This document shows positions 18,029-27,052 of a stretch of 64,000 nucleotides of DNA, in pieces. Below the pieces are notes generated by a model. The model was given only the letters and a program-made list of their open reading frames with translations, made no database searches and was not told where the DNA came from. The position numbers and the translations under genes were made by a program. Source of the stretch: Gemmatimonadaceae bacterium (lineage in GTDB: Bacteria; Gemmatimonadota; Gemmatimonadetes; Gemmatimonadales; Gemmatimonadaceae); NCBI GenBank assembly GCA_046263215.1, contig JBHELH010000318.1, positions 778 through 64,777 of the forward strand. Reading direction: 5' to 3'. Within the stretch, counting starts at the first letter, position 1. Every line of letters starts with the position of its first letter.

Positions 18029-18268
18029 TCGACTGCGCTCGACTGCGGACTGCGCACTGCGGACGAGGCGCCGCGAGCACCGGTTGTCGCACGTTCGGCG
18101 GCGTCGCCTGTCTGGAGGAATCTCCGGTGCCCCGGCGGCGAAGTCCAGTCCGGAGAGTGGTGCTCGGATAGCGTTTGCTATAGTATTCGCTACCACACTG
18201 CGTGCAGGCTGGCGACCGACCGAGGCCGTTAGCCCGCAGTCCGCAGTCCGCAGTCGGCCGTCCGCAGC
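18029..18268. repeat. GACTGCG-armed inverted repeat bracketing a divergent intergenic region
   Basis: The left arm is CGACTGCGCTCGACTGCGGACTGCGCACTGCGGAC (18029-18064). The right arm is CCGCAGTCCGCAGTCCGCAGTCGGCCGTCCGCAG (18233-18268). About 170 bp of unique sequence lies between them. Confidence 0.8.
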
Positions 18269-18320
18269 CCCTCTTCCCCTGTCGAGTCTAGCCGTCGACG
18301 ACTACGTCGTTCGCACGCTG

Positions 18321-18584
18321 ATGCCCGATCTCGTCGGGCACGACCGGCAGCCGTCGGCGTTCGTCGTCTTCCTGTTCCTTTGGGAGCGGAGCGCAGGCGC
18401 TCGCCAGCGCAACGTGCGGCTCAGCCTCCGCGAGATCGCGGAGGGCACGGGACTCTCCAAGCGAGCGGTCCAGACGGCAGTCGGCGTGCTCGCGCGGCGG
18501 CGGCTCGTGACGGCGCGGCGGGACGGGCCAACGACTGTGCCGGAGTATACGGTCCACCGCCCCTGGGCGCGGCGCGCGGGCTGA
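18321..18584 (+). CDS. Small winged-helix DNA-binding protein
   Basis: This is the C-terminal part of track ORF 17616..18584, and the only canonical in-frame start is ATG 18321. An HTH-like segment (SLREIAEGTGLSKRAVQTAVGVLARRRLV) is followed by a wing (TTVPEYTV). Confidence 0.6.
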   Translation: MPDLVGHDRQPSAFVVFLFLWERSAGARQRNVRLSLREIAEGTGLSKRAVQTAVGVLARRRLVTARRDGPTTVPEYTVHRPWARRAG

Positions 18585-18621
18585 GCGAGCACGGGCCGTA
18601 GGCCGAGCACGGGAGGCACTG

Positions 18622-19101
18622 ATGGCGTCGAGTAACAGCAACCGGATTGTGCTGGCCGCGGCCCTCGCGTCAGTGCTCGCGCCGGCGGCCCTCGCGCAGG
18701 CCCCGGACGGGTGTACCTACGACCGCTGTGCGCTCCGCTTCGAGGAGCCATTTGTCGTCCGCGGCCTCGGTGCGGAGCGCCTCGTCAGGCTAAGCTGGTG
18801 GTCGTCGCCCAGGCTCACGCCAATCATGCAACGGTCGGACTCCGCGCTGTATCACGCGCGGCTCGCCGAGGCGAGTCAGCGGCGCGGCGTGGTCGCGGGA
18901 GGGGTCAGCCTCGTCACGGCGGTTGCGGCGGCCGTGTGGGCCGCAAACACTGAAAGCGGGTTCGGGATACCGGACCCGGAACCGTTCGCCCTCCTGCTCG
19001 GGGCGGAAGTGATCGCGATCTACGGCCAGTTCCAGCTTCGCGACGCGAGGCGCTCGCTTGGCCGGGCGATCTGGTGGTACAACCGTCACCTGCCGCGCTG
19101 A
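18622..19101 (+). CDS. Secreted/membrane hypothetical protein
   Basis: 159-aa ORF with signal peptide MASSNSNRIVLAAALASVLAPAALAQA plus an internal hydrophobic helix. Its stop overlaps the start of the next gene (TGATG at 19099-19103). Confidence 0.65.
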   Translation: MASSNSNRIVLAAALASVLAPAALAQAPDGCTYDRCALRFEEPFVVRGLGAERLVRLSWWSSPRLTPIMQRSDSALYHARLAEASQRRGVVAGGVSLVTAVAAAVWAANTESGFGIPDPEPFALLLGAEVIAIYGQFQLRDARRSLGRAIWWYNRHLPR

Positions 19102-20159
19102 TGGCGCTCGCGGCGCCGGATACTCGACCTCGCCGCCGTCGCCGACGCACTGCGTTGATCTGGACTGTCGCCCTCCTTCTCGGCCTCCCGCTGCTCCTCG
19201 CCCTGTGCGCGTGGCTCTACGTCGTGCACATGCCGGGCGAGACAGGACGCCGGACGCTGTCGTCGCTCACCCCCGCGCAGCGGGAGGTACGGCGGCGGCT
19301 CGAGGCGCATGTACGCGAGCTCGCGGGCCGCATCGGTGAGCGGAACAGCGTGCACTACGAGGCGCTCGAGCAGGCGGCCGCGTACGTCGAGCGCGAGCTG
19401 GCGGCGCTCGGCTACACCGTGACGTCGCAGCGTTGGACGGGCGCCGGCGGCCAGGCGTTTCGGAACCTCGAGGTAACGCTCCCGGGCCGCGCGCGCCCGG
19501 CGGAGGTCCTCGTCGTCGGCGCGCACTACGACTCGAACCGCGGGACACCTGGCGCCGACGACAACGCGAGCGGCGTCGCGGCGATGATCGAGCTGGCCCG
19601 ACTGCTACGTGCCGACAGCGCGGCCGGCCACGCGCGCACGATCCGCTTCGTCGCGTTCGCGAACGAGGAGGTGCCGTTCTTCGGGACCGCCGACCAGGGC
19701 GCGCGTCGCTACGTCGCGGCGCTGAAGGAGCGTGGCGACGACGTACGCTCGATGCTCTCGATCGAGACGATCGGCTACTACGCGACCGGCCCGAAGACGC
19801 AGGTGTACCCGACGCCGCTCAACTGGTTCTACCCCGACACGGGCAACTTCATCGGGTTCGTCGGCGATCTGTCCTCGCGCGCGCTGGTGCACGAAGCGAT
19901 CGGCGCCTTCCGGAGACACACGTCGTTCCCGTCACACGGCGCCGCCGCTCCGGCGTCGATTCCGGGGGTCGGCTGGTCCGACCACGAGGCGTTCTGGGCG
20001 GCGGGCATTCCGGCAGTCATGATCACGGACACGGCGCCGTTCCGGAATCCCTACTACCACACGCGCGGCGACACGCCGGACCGGCTCGACTACGAGCGCA
20101 TGACTCACGTCGTCGACGGGCTAGTGGCGGTGGTCCGACACCTGGCGCGGGCTGACTGA
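19101..20159 (+). CDS. M28 family metallopeptidase, membrane-anchored
   Basis: Start re-set to ATG 19101. An N-terminal anchor (ALIWTVALLLGLPLLLALCAWLYV) is followed by M28 motifs VGAHYDS, GADDNASGVAAMIELARLL, FVAFANEEVPFFG and SDHEAFW. Confidence 0.9.
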   Translation: MALAAPDTRPRRRRRRTALIWTVALLLGLPLLLALCAWLYVVHMPGETGRRTLSSLTPAQREVRRRLEAHVRELAGRIGERNSVHYEALEQAAAYVERELAALGYTVTSQRWTGAGGQAFRNLEVTLPGRARPAEVLVVGAHYDSNRGTPGADDNASGVAAMIELARLLRADSAAGHARTIRFVAFANEEVPFFGTADQGARRYVAALKERGDDVRSMLSIETIGYYATGPKTQVYPTPLNWFYPDTGNFIGFVGDLSSRALVHEAIGAFRRHTSFPSHGAAAPASIPGVGWSDHEAFWAAGIPAVMITDTAPFRNPYYHTRGDTPDRLDYERMTHVVDGLVAVVRHLARAD

Positions 20160-20160
20160 C

Positions 20161-20570
20161 GGGGGAAGGGCGACGGCGTTTCGAGTTGTTCGTTGGGGCA
20201 CGCGGACGAGCGCGGATCGATGAAGGGCGGTGGCCGCGGATCGCTCCTCTGCGCTACAAGACTCCACGCCGCGACGAGCCCGGACGATGCTTTGGCTACA
20301 CCGCCGGGAGGCTACTCTCGCCCCTTCTGTCACCCCGCAGGAGCGAGCGAAGCGAGCGAGTGCGGGGCACCCGCGCAGCGGGCCGGCGCGTCCCGGGGGT
20401 GTAGCAAAGGTCTTCTCGCGGGCCGGCGAACGGAGCCCGGAACGTCCGCGCGGCTATCCGCGCGTGTTCGCCCTTCGCCGATCCGCGGCCATCCGCGTGC
20501 GCGCTTTTCCCCGCTCTTCCGCGCTCTTCCGCGCTCTTCCGCGCTCTTCCCCGAAACGCCCCTCGCCCGT
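20161..20570. repeat. Composite nested-palindromic element, copy B (inverted relative to copy A)
   Basis: Begins immediately after the M28 stop. Contains GGCGTTTCG...CACGCGGACGAGCGCGGATCGATGAAGGGCGGTGGCCGCGGAT, one arm of the core hairpin (CTGTCACCCCGCAGGAGCGAGCGAAGCGAGCGAGTGCGGGG), GCGTCCCGGGGGTGTAGCAAAGGTCTTCTC, and four CGCTCTTCCG decamers. It ends in CCGAAACGCCCCTCGCCC. Confidence 0.9.
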
Positions 20571-20586
20571 CCGCTCTCCGAGCGAA

Positions 20587-21201
20587 CTACCTTGCGTAGA
20601 ACTCCACCACCGACGCCACGTCCACCACGAACGGGACGTCCGCGCGGAGGGGGGAGGCGATGACGCGGCCCGCGAAATCGTCCGACGGGTCCTTGGCGAG
20701 GTACTGCGGGAGCCGGACCTGCGGCCCGCGGGTCATCGAGTCGACGACGGCCGGGTTCTCGCGGGCGCGCGGAGCGACAGTGACCGTGTCGCCCGGCTTC
20801 GTCAGATACGACGGCCGGTCGACCTTCTTGCCATTGACGCGCACATGTCCGTGGACTACCAGCTGGCGCGCCGCGGGGATCGTCGGCGTGAGGCCGAGCC
20901 GGAAGACGACGTTGTCGAGGCGGCGCTCGAGGTAGGCGAGCAGCGCATCGCCGGTGACGCCAGGCTGGCGGAGAGCCGCCTGCAGGTACCGGCGCAGTTG
21001 CGTCTCGGTCACGCCGTAGTTGAAGCGGATCTTCTGCTTCTCTTCGAGCTGCTTGCGGTACGCGCTCTTCTTCCGGCGGCCGGACGCGTGCCCGTGCTGC
21101 CCGGGCGGCTGCGGCCGGCGCTCACCCGACTTGCGGGTCAGACCCGGCAGCTGCACCCCGAGACGACGAACGATCTTGAGACGAGGCCCGCGATGTGGCA
21201 C
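20587..21201 (-). CDS. rpsD: 30S ribosomal protein S4
   Basis: Start re-set to GTG 21201, preceded by AGGGGAGGGAG. The product, (M)PHRGPRLKIVRRLG...YRKQLEEKQKIRFNYGVTETQ...RLDNVVFRLGL...ARQLVVHGHVRVNGKKVDRPSY, is 204 aa, a canonical S4 length and sequence. Confidence 0.95.
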   Translation of the reverse strand: MPHRGPRLKIVRRLGVQLPGLTRKSGERRPQPPGQHGHASGRRKKSAYRKQLEEKQKIRFNYGVTETQLRRYLQAALRQPGVTGDALLAYLERRLDNVVFRLGLTPTIPAARQLVVHGHVRVNGKKVDRPSYLTKPGDTVTVAPRARENPAVVDSMTRGPQVRLPQYLAKDPSDDFAGRVIASPLRADVPFVVDVASVVEFYAR

Positions 21202-21314
21202 ACTCCCTCCCCTGATTTCCTGAAATGGCTGGACGAGTCCTGAAATTTCGGTAGGGGCGACCCCGGCATGCAAGCCCCGGAACCCCAAAACCTTACGCTC
21301 CGACCCGACCTCGC

Positions 21315-22436
21315 GTGGCCCGACTGCTCTCCAAGGAGAATTGGCTCCTCGCGCTGCTGGTCTTCTTCCCGATCGCGCTCCTCCTCGAGTACGCGGTCCA
21401 CGCGTCGGCGCTCGCGACCTTCCTCGCCTCGGCGGCGGCCATCATTCCGCTCGCCGCGCTCATGGGCCGCGCGACGGAGCAACTCGCGGAACGGCTCGGC
21501 GAAGGGGTCGGCGGGCTGCTCAACGCGACCTTCGGCAATGCGGCCGAGCTGATCATCGCCATCGTCGCGCTGCGCGCCGGCCTCTTCGACCTCGTCAAGG
21601 CGTCGATCACCGGGTCGATCATCGGGAACATTCTCCTCGTTTTCGGCGCGAGCGCGCTCTGGGGCGGAGTCAAGTACGAGATGCAGCGCTTCAACAAGAC
21701 CGCCGCGTCGCTCAACGCCACGCTGCTCGTGCTGAGCGCGATCGGGCTCGTCGTGCCGGCGATCTTCCACCTCGTCGTCGGTATCGGCGGCTCCGCTCCC
21801 GCCTCGGCCGCGGCCGGCGGCATCACCGAGCAGACGCTGAGCCTCGAGATCGCGATCGTGCTGCTCGTGACGTACGCGCTGAGCCTCCTCTTCTCGCTGC
21901 GCACGCACAGCCACCTGTACGTCGGCGAGGCGGGCGAGCACACGGACGAGCTGGTGCCCGGCGCGCCGTCGGTGTCGAAAGCGGTGACGCTACTGCTCCT
22001 CGCGACCGCCGGCGTCGCCGTGATGAGTGAGTTGCTCGTCGGCGCAGTCGAGGAGACGGCGCGGGTGTTCGGGATGAACGAGGTCTTCGTCGGCGTGATC
22101 CTCGTCGCGCTCATCGGCAACGCTGCCGAGCACTCGTCGGCGATTCTCATGGCGGCGCGGAACAAGATGGACGCGGCGATCACGATCGCGATCGGCTCGT
22201 CGATCCAAGTCGCGCTCTTCGTCGGGCCGGTGCTCGTTCTCCTCAGCTACCTCATCGCGCCGTCGCCGATGGATCTGCGGTTCACGACGCTCGAAGTCGT
22301 CGCCGTCGGCATCTCGGTGTGGATCATGTCGCTCGTCGCGCAGGACGGCGAGTCGCACTGGATGGAAGGCGTGCAGCTCCTCGCGGTCTACGTCATCCTC
22401 GGGATGGCGTTCTATTGGTTGCCGATGCCGTCTTGA
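21315..22436 (+). CDS. cax: Ca2+/H+ antiporter (CaCA family)
   Basis: 373-aa polytopic ORF with the two alpha-repeat signatures [13 protein letters not shown] and [13 protein letters not shown]. Confidence 0.92.
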   Translation: MARLLSKENWLLALLVFFPIALLLEYAVHASALATFLASAAAIIPLAALMGRATEQLAERLGEGVGGLLNATFGNAAELIIAIVALRAGLFDLVKASITGSIIGNILLVFGASALWGGVKYEMQRFNKTAASLNATLLVLSAIGLVVPAIFHLVVGIGGSAPASAAAGGITEQTLSLEIAIVLLVTYALSLLFSLRTHSHLYVGEAGEHTDELVPGAPSVSKAVTLLLLATAGVAVMSELLVGAVEETARVFGMNEVFVGVILVALIGNAAEHSSAILMAARNKMDAAITIAIGSSIQVALFVGPVLVLLSYLIAPSPMDLRFTTLEVVAVGISVWIMSLVAQDGESHWMEGVQLLAVYVILGMAFYWLPMPS

Positions 22437-22473
22437 CGAGCAGTCCGCAATCTCCCACTACAGAGGCCCCCGC

Positions 22474-23076
22474 ATGCAATCGAAATTGCTTCTCCGTTGC
22501 CTGCTTCCTGCGTCGCTCGCGATCCTCGCACCGCCGTTCGCGCGTGCACAGGTGGCGGCAATAACCCGCGACACCGCGAGTTCGAGCGCGATGACGCCGC
22601 CGGGCACGTGGGGAGCGGAGCTCGGCATCGGGTCGGGCCAGAGCGCCATACTGCTCCGCTTTCGGTCTCCGACGTCGGCAGTCCTGCTCGGCGCCGAGTT
22701 GTTCTGGGTCGACGTCAGCGAGGAGCTGCCCGATGTGGCCGGAACGCGAACTGATCGGTCGACGACGGCCAACATCACAGGACGTCTCGGCTTCCGCCGC
22801 TACCGTGGCACGGCGGTGGGTGCCCGGCCGTTTACAAGCGTGGGCGTGTTGGCCGGGTATACCAGTGACCGGGGCGCTCCGGGATGGACAGCCGGCGCGT
22901 TTGCGGAGCTCGGCGCCAGCTACTTTTTCTCGCCGCACGTCAGCCTCGGCGCGGTGGGCGGTCTGCAGGCCATCTACGGGAGCGCGAGTCGTCCGTTCAA
23001 CAACGAGGACTTCACGCGTCGCCAGTTCCTGGTCCGCGCTAGCGCAGTGCAGCTACTCGGCGCGGTCTACTTCTGA
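22474..23076 (+). CDS. Outer-membrane beta-barrel protein
   Basis: 200-aa ORF with a signal peptide ending ARAQ, alternating hydrophobic beta-strand pattern, and a C-terminal aromatic signature LLGAVYF. Confidence 0.7.
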   Translation: MQSKLLLRCLLPASLAILAPPFARAQVAAITRDTASSSAMTPPGTWGAELGIGSGQSAILLRFRSPTSAVLLGAELFWVDVSEELPDVAGTRTDRSTTANITGRLGFRRYRGTAVGARPFTSVGVLAGYTSDRGAPGWTAGAFAELGASYFFSPHVSLGAVGGLQAIYGSASRPFNNEDFTRRQFLVRASAVQLLGAVYF

Positions 23077-23093
23077 ACCGGAGCCCGACATCG

Positions 23094-23327
23094 ATGCTAC
23101 GCTTCGCGGTGGTCGTCATGCCATTCCTCGCGGGCGTGACGGTTTTGAGCGGGCTCTATTTCATCTACGTGGGTGCGCGGACGGTCATCGCGGGCCGATA
23201 CGTCGCAATCGGCTTGGGCTTCATGGCGTTCGGGGGCGTCGGACTGATATTGGCGTATGCGTTGTGGAGCGTGCGACGGCAGATACTGGCGCGGGTGAGT
23301 CGGGTAGGTGGGGAGGGGCCGGGGTGA
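23094..23327 (+). CDS. Small membrane protein (2 TM)
   Basis: 77-aa ORF with two clear hydrophobic helices (FAVVVMPFLAGVTVLSGLYFIYV and VAIGLGFMAFGGVGLILAYALW). It lies 18 nt after the preceding gene. Confidence 0.5.
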   Translation: MLRFAVVVMPFLAGVTVLSGLYFIYVGARTVIAGRYVAIGLGFMAFGGVGLILAYALWSVRRQILARVSRVGGEGPG

Positions 23328-23329
23328 GG

Positions 23330-23812
23330 TCGGAGGGGACGGCGGAAGGGCATGGCGTTGTTCGTTGGGCACGGACGAGCGCGGATCGGCGAGGGGCGAA
23401 AGCGCGGATGGCTCCGCGGCCGTTCGGGGTCCCCCTCGCCGGGCCTTGAGAAGACCTCGCTACCGCCGCTCGGGACGCTCCGACCCCGCCGTGTTGTCAT
23501 CCCGCACGAGCGCAGCGAGTGTCGGGGTCTACTACGCGCGGGGCGTGGCCACCTACGGAGCAGTGCAAGTAGATCCCGACACTCGCTCGCTTCGCTCGCT
23601 CCTGCGGGATGACAAGAGAGGGCGAGAGAAGCCTCCCGGGGGGTGTAGCCACAGCATCCTCCGAGCTGTGGCCGTTGGGCATCTCGTAATGCCGAGGGAC
23701 TATCCACGCGTTTTCGTCTTTCGCCGATCCGCGCTCGTCCGCGCGCCGAGCGATCAAGCCCAACGATTACCTGGAAACGCCTTCGCCCTTCCGCCTTCCT
23801 CGCCCGACCCAG
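23330..23812. repeat. Composite nested-palindromic element, copy C (full, with complete core hairpin)
   Basis: Ends are GGCGGAAGGGCATGGCGTTGTTCGTTGGGCACGGACGAGCGCGGATCGGCGA ... TCGCCGATCCGCGCTCGTCCGCGCGCC...GGAAACGCCTTCGCCCTTCCGCC. The middle module is GAGAAGACCTCGCTACCGCC.../GGGGGGTGTAGCC. The core hairpin is at 23496-23613. The right end overlaps the last codons of the permease gene. Confidence 0.9.
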
Positions 23813-25161
23813 AACAGGTACACCGGCACCCCCGCCACCAGGATCAAAACGCCAACCCCCGCGTCGCGCGGGAACTGGTAAACGGTGCTCAGCGCCAACG
23901 TCCAGAACGCCGCCACGAAGATCAACGTCGTCACCGGGTGGCCCGGGGTCCGAAGACGAAAGGCGGTGTCCGGGGATCGCGGCTCGCCGGCGCCGCGCCG
24001 CTCTCGCGCCCGAAACACCAGCAGCGCCGCTCCCGTCAACCCGAAGAACATCGCGTCGATGGCCACGACGTAGTTGAGGATGCGCTCGTAGGGGAGGAAC
24101 GCGACGATCGAGGCAACGAGGCCCTGGAGCGCGATCGCGACCGCCGGCGCGTGCGTGCGCGGGTGCAGTGAGCCGACGCGACGGAAGAAGACGCCGTCGC
24201 GCGCCATCGCGAAGTAGACGCGCGGCGCGGTGAGCATGCCGTGACTCAGGTAGCCGACGGTGGAGACGGCGATGCCAGCGGCGATGAGGCCTGCGCCGGT
24301 GTCGCCGAGTGCGGCGCGCATCACGGCCGTCGCGGGTGCCGGCGTCGCGGCGAGACCGGAGGGCCCGAGCGCGCGGAGGCAGACGATGTTCACCGCGAGA
24401 TAGAGCACGACGACCCCGATCACGCCGACCAGCAGGCCGCGCGGGAGATCGCGCCGCGGGTCCTTGAGCTCACCAGCGACGAAGCTCGCGTTCTGCCAGC
24501 CGCCGAAGGCGAAGAGAACGGGAACGAGCGCGGCGGCGAACGACGCGGGTAGCGGGCGCTGGGCGGGCGGCGATGCAATGGCGTCGGGAGGCGTCGCTCC
24601 GCCTGTGGCGAGCCAGCCGATCGTCACCAGCGCGACGATCGCCGCGATCTTCAGGACCATCAATGCGCTCTGGACGTTGCTGCCGGTGCGCACGCCGAGC
24701 CAGTTCACGATCGTGAGAACCGCAAGCGTCGCGACGGCGATCGCCTGCTCCGGCGCCGCGAATCCGGCCAGCTCGTTGAAGTACCGCGCGAACGTCACCG
24801 CGACCGCCGCCATCCCGCCACTCTGGACCACGAGCAAGAGCGTCCAGCCGTAGAGGAATGCCGCCACCGGGTGAAAGGCGTCGCGGATGTACGCGTAGAC
24901 GCCGCCCACGGCGGGGCGGAGCGCCGCAAGCTCCGCGTACACGAACGCGCCAATCAACGCGACGACCCCGCCGGCCGCCCATGCGCCGAGGATCAGGGCA
25001 GGCGACTGGACGTGGCGAGCGACGACGTGCGGACTGACGAAGATGCCGGCGCCGATGATGCCGCCCATCACGAGCATCGTCGCGTCGAAGGCGTTGAGCC
25101 GCCGGGCGAGGCCGGGGTCCGCCGGGGGCGGCGTGGCGGGTCGGGGCGTGGCCGGCGACAT
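23767..25161 (-). CDS. APC-family amino acid permease
   Basis: Start re-set to ATG 25161 (MSPATPRPATPPP...). Typical APC N-terminal signature LNAFDATMLVMGGIIGAGIFVSP, and about 12 hydrophobic helices. Confidence 0.9.
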   Translation of the reverse strand: MSPATPRPATPPPADPGLARRLNAFDATMLVMGGIIGAGIFVSPHVVARHVQSPALILGAWAAGGVVALIGAFVYAELAALRPAVGGVYAYIRDAFHPVAAFLYGWTLLLVVQSGGMAAVAVTFARYFNELAGFAAPEQAIAVATLAVLTIVNWLGVRTGSNVQSALMVLKIAAIVALVTIGWLATGGATPPDAIASPPAQRPLPASFAAALVPVLFAFGGWQNASFVAGELKDPRRDLPRGLLVGVIGVVVLYLAVNIVCLRALGPSGLAATPAPATAVMRAALGDTGAGLIAAGIAVSTVGYLSHGMLTAPRVYFAMARDGVFFRRVGSLHPRTHAPAVAIALQGLVASIVAFLPYERILNYVVAIDAMFFGLTGAALLVFRARERRGAGEPRSPDTAFRLRTPGHPVTTLIFVAAFWTLALSTVYQFPRDAGVGVLILVAGVPVYLFWVGRGRRKGEGVSR

Positions 25162-25291
25162 CGGCGCCGCAGATTCTACGTCCGACCCAGTCCGGCGACA
25201 AGCAAACAGCGACGCGCGCGCGGGACCATCTGGCGCCGGACGCCACGGCGGGACATCGTGGAGCGCCGCTTTCAGCCACGGAGACCGACAC

Positions 25292-26224
25292 ATGCGCGCG
25301 ACGTCCGAACGCGTCCTCTGCACCCTCGCCGCCGTCCTCACGCTCGCCCTCGCGACGCTGGTCGCTACGCCGCGCGCGGCGTACGGTCAGGACCCCGCGG
25401 TCCGGGACACGGCGCGCGCGGACAGCGCGCAGATGTACATCCTCCGGACGCGCGACGGCTCGCTTTTCGTCGGACGGCTGATCCGGGCAACCGTGGATTC
25501 CGTCTACTTCGTGAGCTCCGGCGGACCGATCACGGTCCCGCGGTCCAGCATCCTCGAGCTCCGCCAAGTGGGCCGAGGCGCAATGCGTGCCGGGATCTAC
25601 TGGGCGCCGAACCCCAACGAGACGCGCCTCTTCATCGCGCCGACCGGCCGGATGCTCGCCCAGGGCGAGGGGTACTTTTCCGATACGTACTTGTTCCTGC
25701 TCCTCTTCGCCGGCGGCCTCTCATCGAACTTCACGCTCGGCGGCGGGCTCTCCATACTCCCCAGCGATGATTTCTTCAGGAACAACATCTATTACATCAC
25801 GCCGAAGATCGGCCTCATCCAGAAACCCAACGTCAACGTCGCAGCCGGCGCGTTCATCGGCTTTGCCGGTTGGGACTTCGACGGAAGTGAGGACGTCGGA
25901 TCGTTCGGCATCCTTTACGGCGTCGCCACCTTTGGCTCCGCCGACGGGAGCGTGACCATCGGGTCGGGCCTCGGATACGGAGGCGGCGACCTGGCGGACC
26001 GCCCGATCTTCATGCTCGGTGGAGAGAAGCGCATCGCGCGGCGGGCGTCGCTCGTGACTGAGAATTACGTCCTGCCCGGCGAGTCCAACGCGGCCGTCTC
26101 CTACGGAATCCGCTTCTTCGGGGAGAAGCTGGCGGTCGACCTCGCGTTCTGGAACGCGTTCGGCTCCGACGTGGACCCGATCTTTCCCGGCATCCCCTAC
26201 GTCGCCTTCGCCGTGAAATTCTGA
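25292..26224 (+). CDS. Hypothetical outer-membrane protein
   Basis: Start re-set to ATG 25292, giving signal peptide MRATSERVLCTLAAVLTLALATLVATPRAAYGQ. The Gly/aromatic-rich C-terminal half ends in the OMP-like YVAFAVKF. Confidence 0.7.
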   Translation: MRATSERVLCTLAAVLTLALATLVATPRAAYGQDPAVRDTARADSAQMYILRTRDGSLFVGRLIRATVDSVYFVSSGGPITVPRSSILELRQVGRGAMRAGIYWAPNPNETRLFIAPTGRMLAQGEGYFSDTYLFLLLFAGGLSSNFTLGGGLSILPSDDFFRNNIYYITPKIGLIQKPNVNVAAGAFIGFAGWDFDGSEDVGSFGILYGVATFGSADGSVTIGSGLGYGGGDLADRPIFMLGGEKRIARRASLVTENYVLPGESNAAVSYGIRFFGEKLAVDLAFWNAFGSDVDPIFPGIPYVAFAVKF

Positions 26225-26243
26225 GTGTGGCTGTCGTCGCGCC

Positions 26244-26380
26244 CTAGGCGCCGCCGAGCGCGCGGCGATCTCGCCACGACGCCACGATCTGCACGCCGCG
26301 GCGTACGTCGGCCTCGTTGCTCGGGAGCCCGAGCGACATCCGCACAGCGAATGAGAGATCCGAGCTCCTAGCTTCCAGTG
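26244..26380 (-). pseudogene. Possible 3' remnant of a class-V aminotransferase / cysteine desulfurase gene
   Basis: The last ~45 codons of track ORF 26244..26657 read STRALEARSSDLSFAVRMSLGLPSNEADVRRGVQIVASWRDR. This resembles the conserved C-terminus of IscS/NifS-type enzymes (..VL.A.G.....A...+R.SLG..T.E.+V). The upstream codons are Arg-rich junk, so only a fragment is present. Confidence 0.3.
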
Positions 26381-26431
26381 CCCGGGTACTCCGCGCCGCC
26401 GAAATCGCCATCGATCTTGCGCGCGGAACGC

Positions 26432-27052
26432 TCAACAGCCGCGTCGCAGGATGCGGCCGACGGCGGCAGCTTCGGAGCGTCGTGAGGGGAGGGGGGCGGT
26501 GGCCGGTGGCACCTGAGCGGACGGCGCGGGCGACACAACGGGGGTGCCGCCGAAGTAGCGGCTCAGCTCGAGCTGCTCCCGCTGCGCGGCATGATCCGCG
26601 GGAATAGCGGTCGTTGGGAGCGCGGAGAGGCGTGGCTCGGCGATCTGCTCGATCCACGCGAGCAATCCGCCGCGGAGGATGCGTACGTCGGCGACGCCCC
26701 GCGCACGCAGCGCCGTCGCCACTTCGGCAGCCTGATCGTCGCTCTCCGCGTACACGACGATCGTTTCGTCACGTGACGGCTTGCGACGGGTGAGCTCGCG
26801 CGGCGCGGCGCGGCGAGCGCCGGGAATGTGGTAGGCGACGAATTGGCTGTCCGGACGAACGTCGAGTAGGCGGAGGTTGTCCTTCCCGTCGCGAAGCCAG
26901 CGCGCGAGCTCGATCGCGGTGACGGCCGCTGCCTCGCGCTGCACCGTACGAGCGCGGCGTGAGGGATACGGATCGCCGGCGGCGACGGCAAGCGTGCCCA
27001 GCACGCCGCCGAGGATGGCAAGCGGCCGGTGCGCGCGCGAGCGTTCAGCCAT
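26432..27052 (-). CDS. Rhodanese-domain protein with N-terminal membrane anchor
   Basis: Start re-set to ATG 27052, overlapping the upstream stop by 8 nt. Anchor LAILGGVLGTLAVAA, then rhodanese fold LRLLDVRPDSQFVAYHIPGARR...IVVYAESDDQAAEVATALRARGVADVRILRGGLLAW. No active-site Cys loop was recognised, so it may be non-catalytic. Confidence 0.8.
   Translation of the reverse strand: MAERSRAHRPLAILGGVLGTLAVAAGDPYPSRRARTVQREAAAVTAIELARWLRDGKDNLRLLDVRPDSQFVAYHIPGARRAAPRELTRRKPSRDETIVVYAESDDQAAEVATALRARGVADVRILRGGLLAWIEQIAEPRLSALPTTAIPADHAAQREQLELSRYFGGTPVVSPAPSAQVPPATAPLPSRRSEAAAVGRILRRGC

Noticed and set aside
21138-22183. Minus-strand ORFs 21138..21941 and 21293..22183
   Set aside because: Both are antisense to the Ca2+/H+ antiporter gene, whose two GNAAE alpha-repeats are unambiguous.
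26381-26657. Full 137-aa minus-strand ORF 26244..26657 as an intact gene
   Set aside because: It overlaps the rhodanese gene's 3' end out of frame, and its first ~90 codons are Arg/Pro-rich junk. Only the last ~45 codons resemble a real protein C-terminus, so it is recorded as a possible relic.
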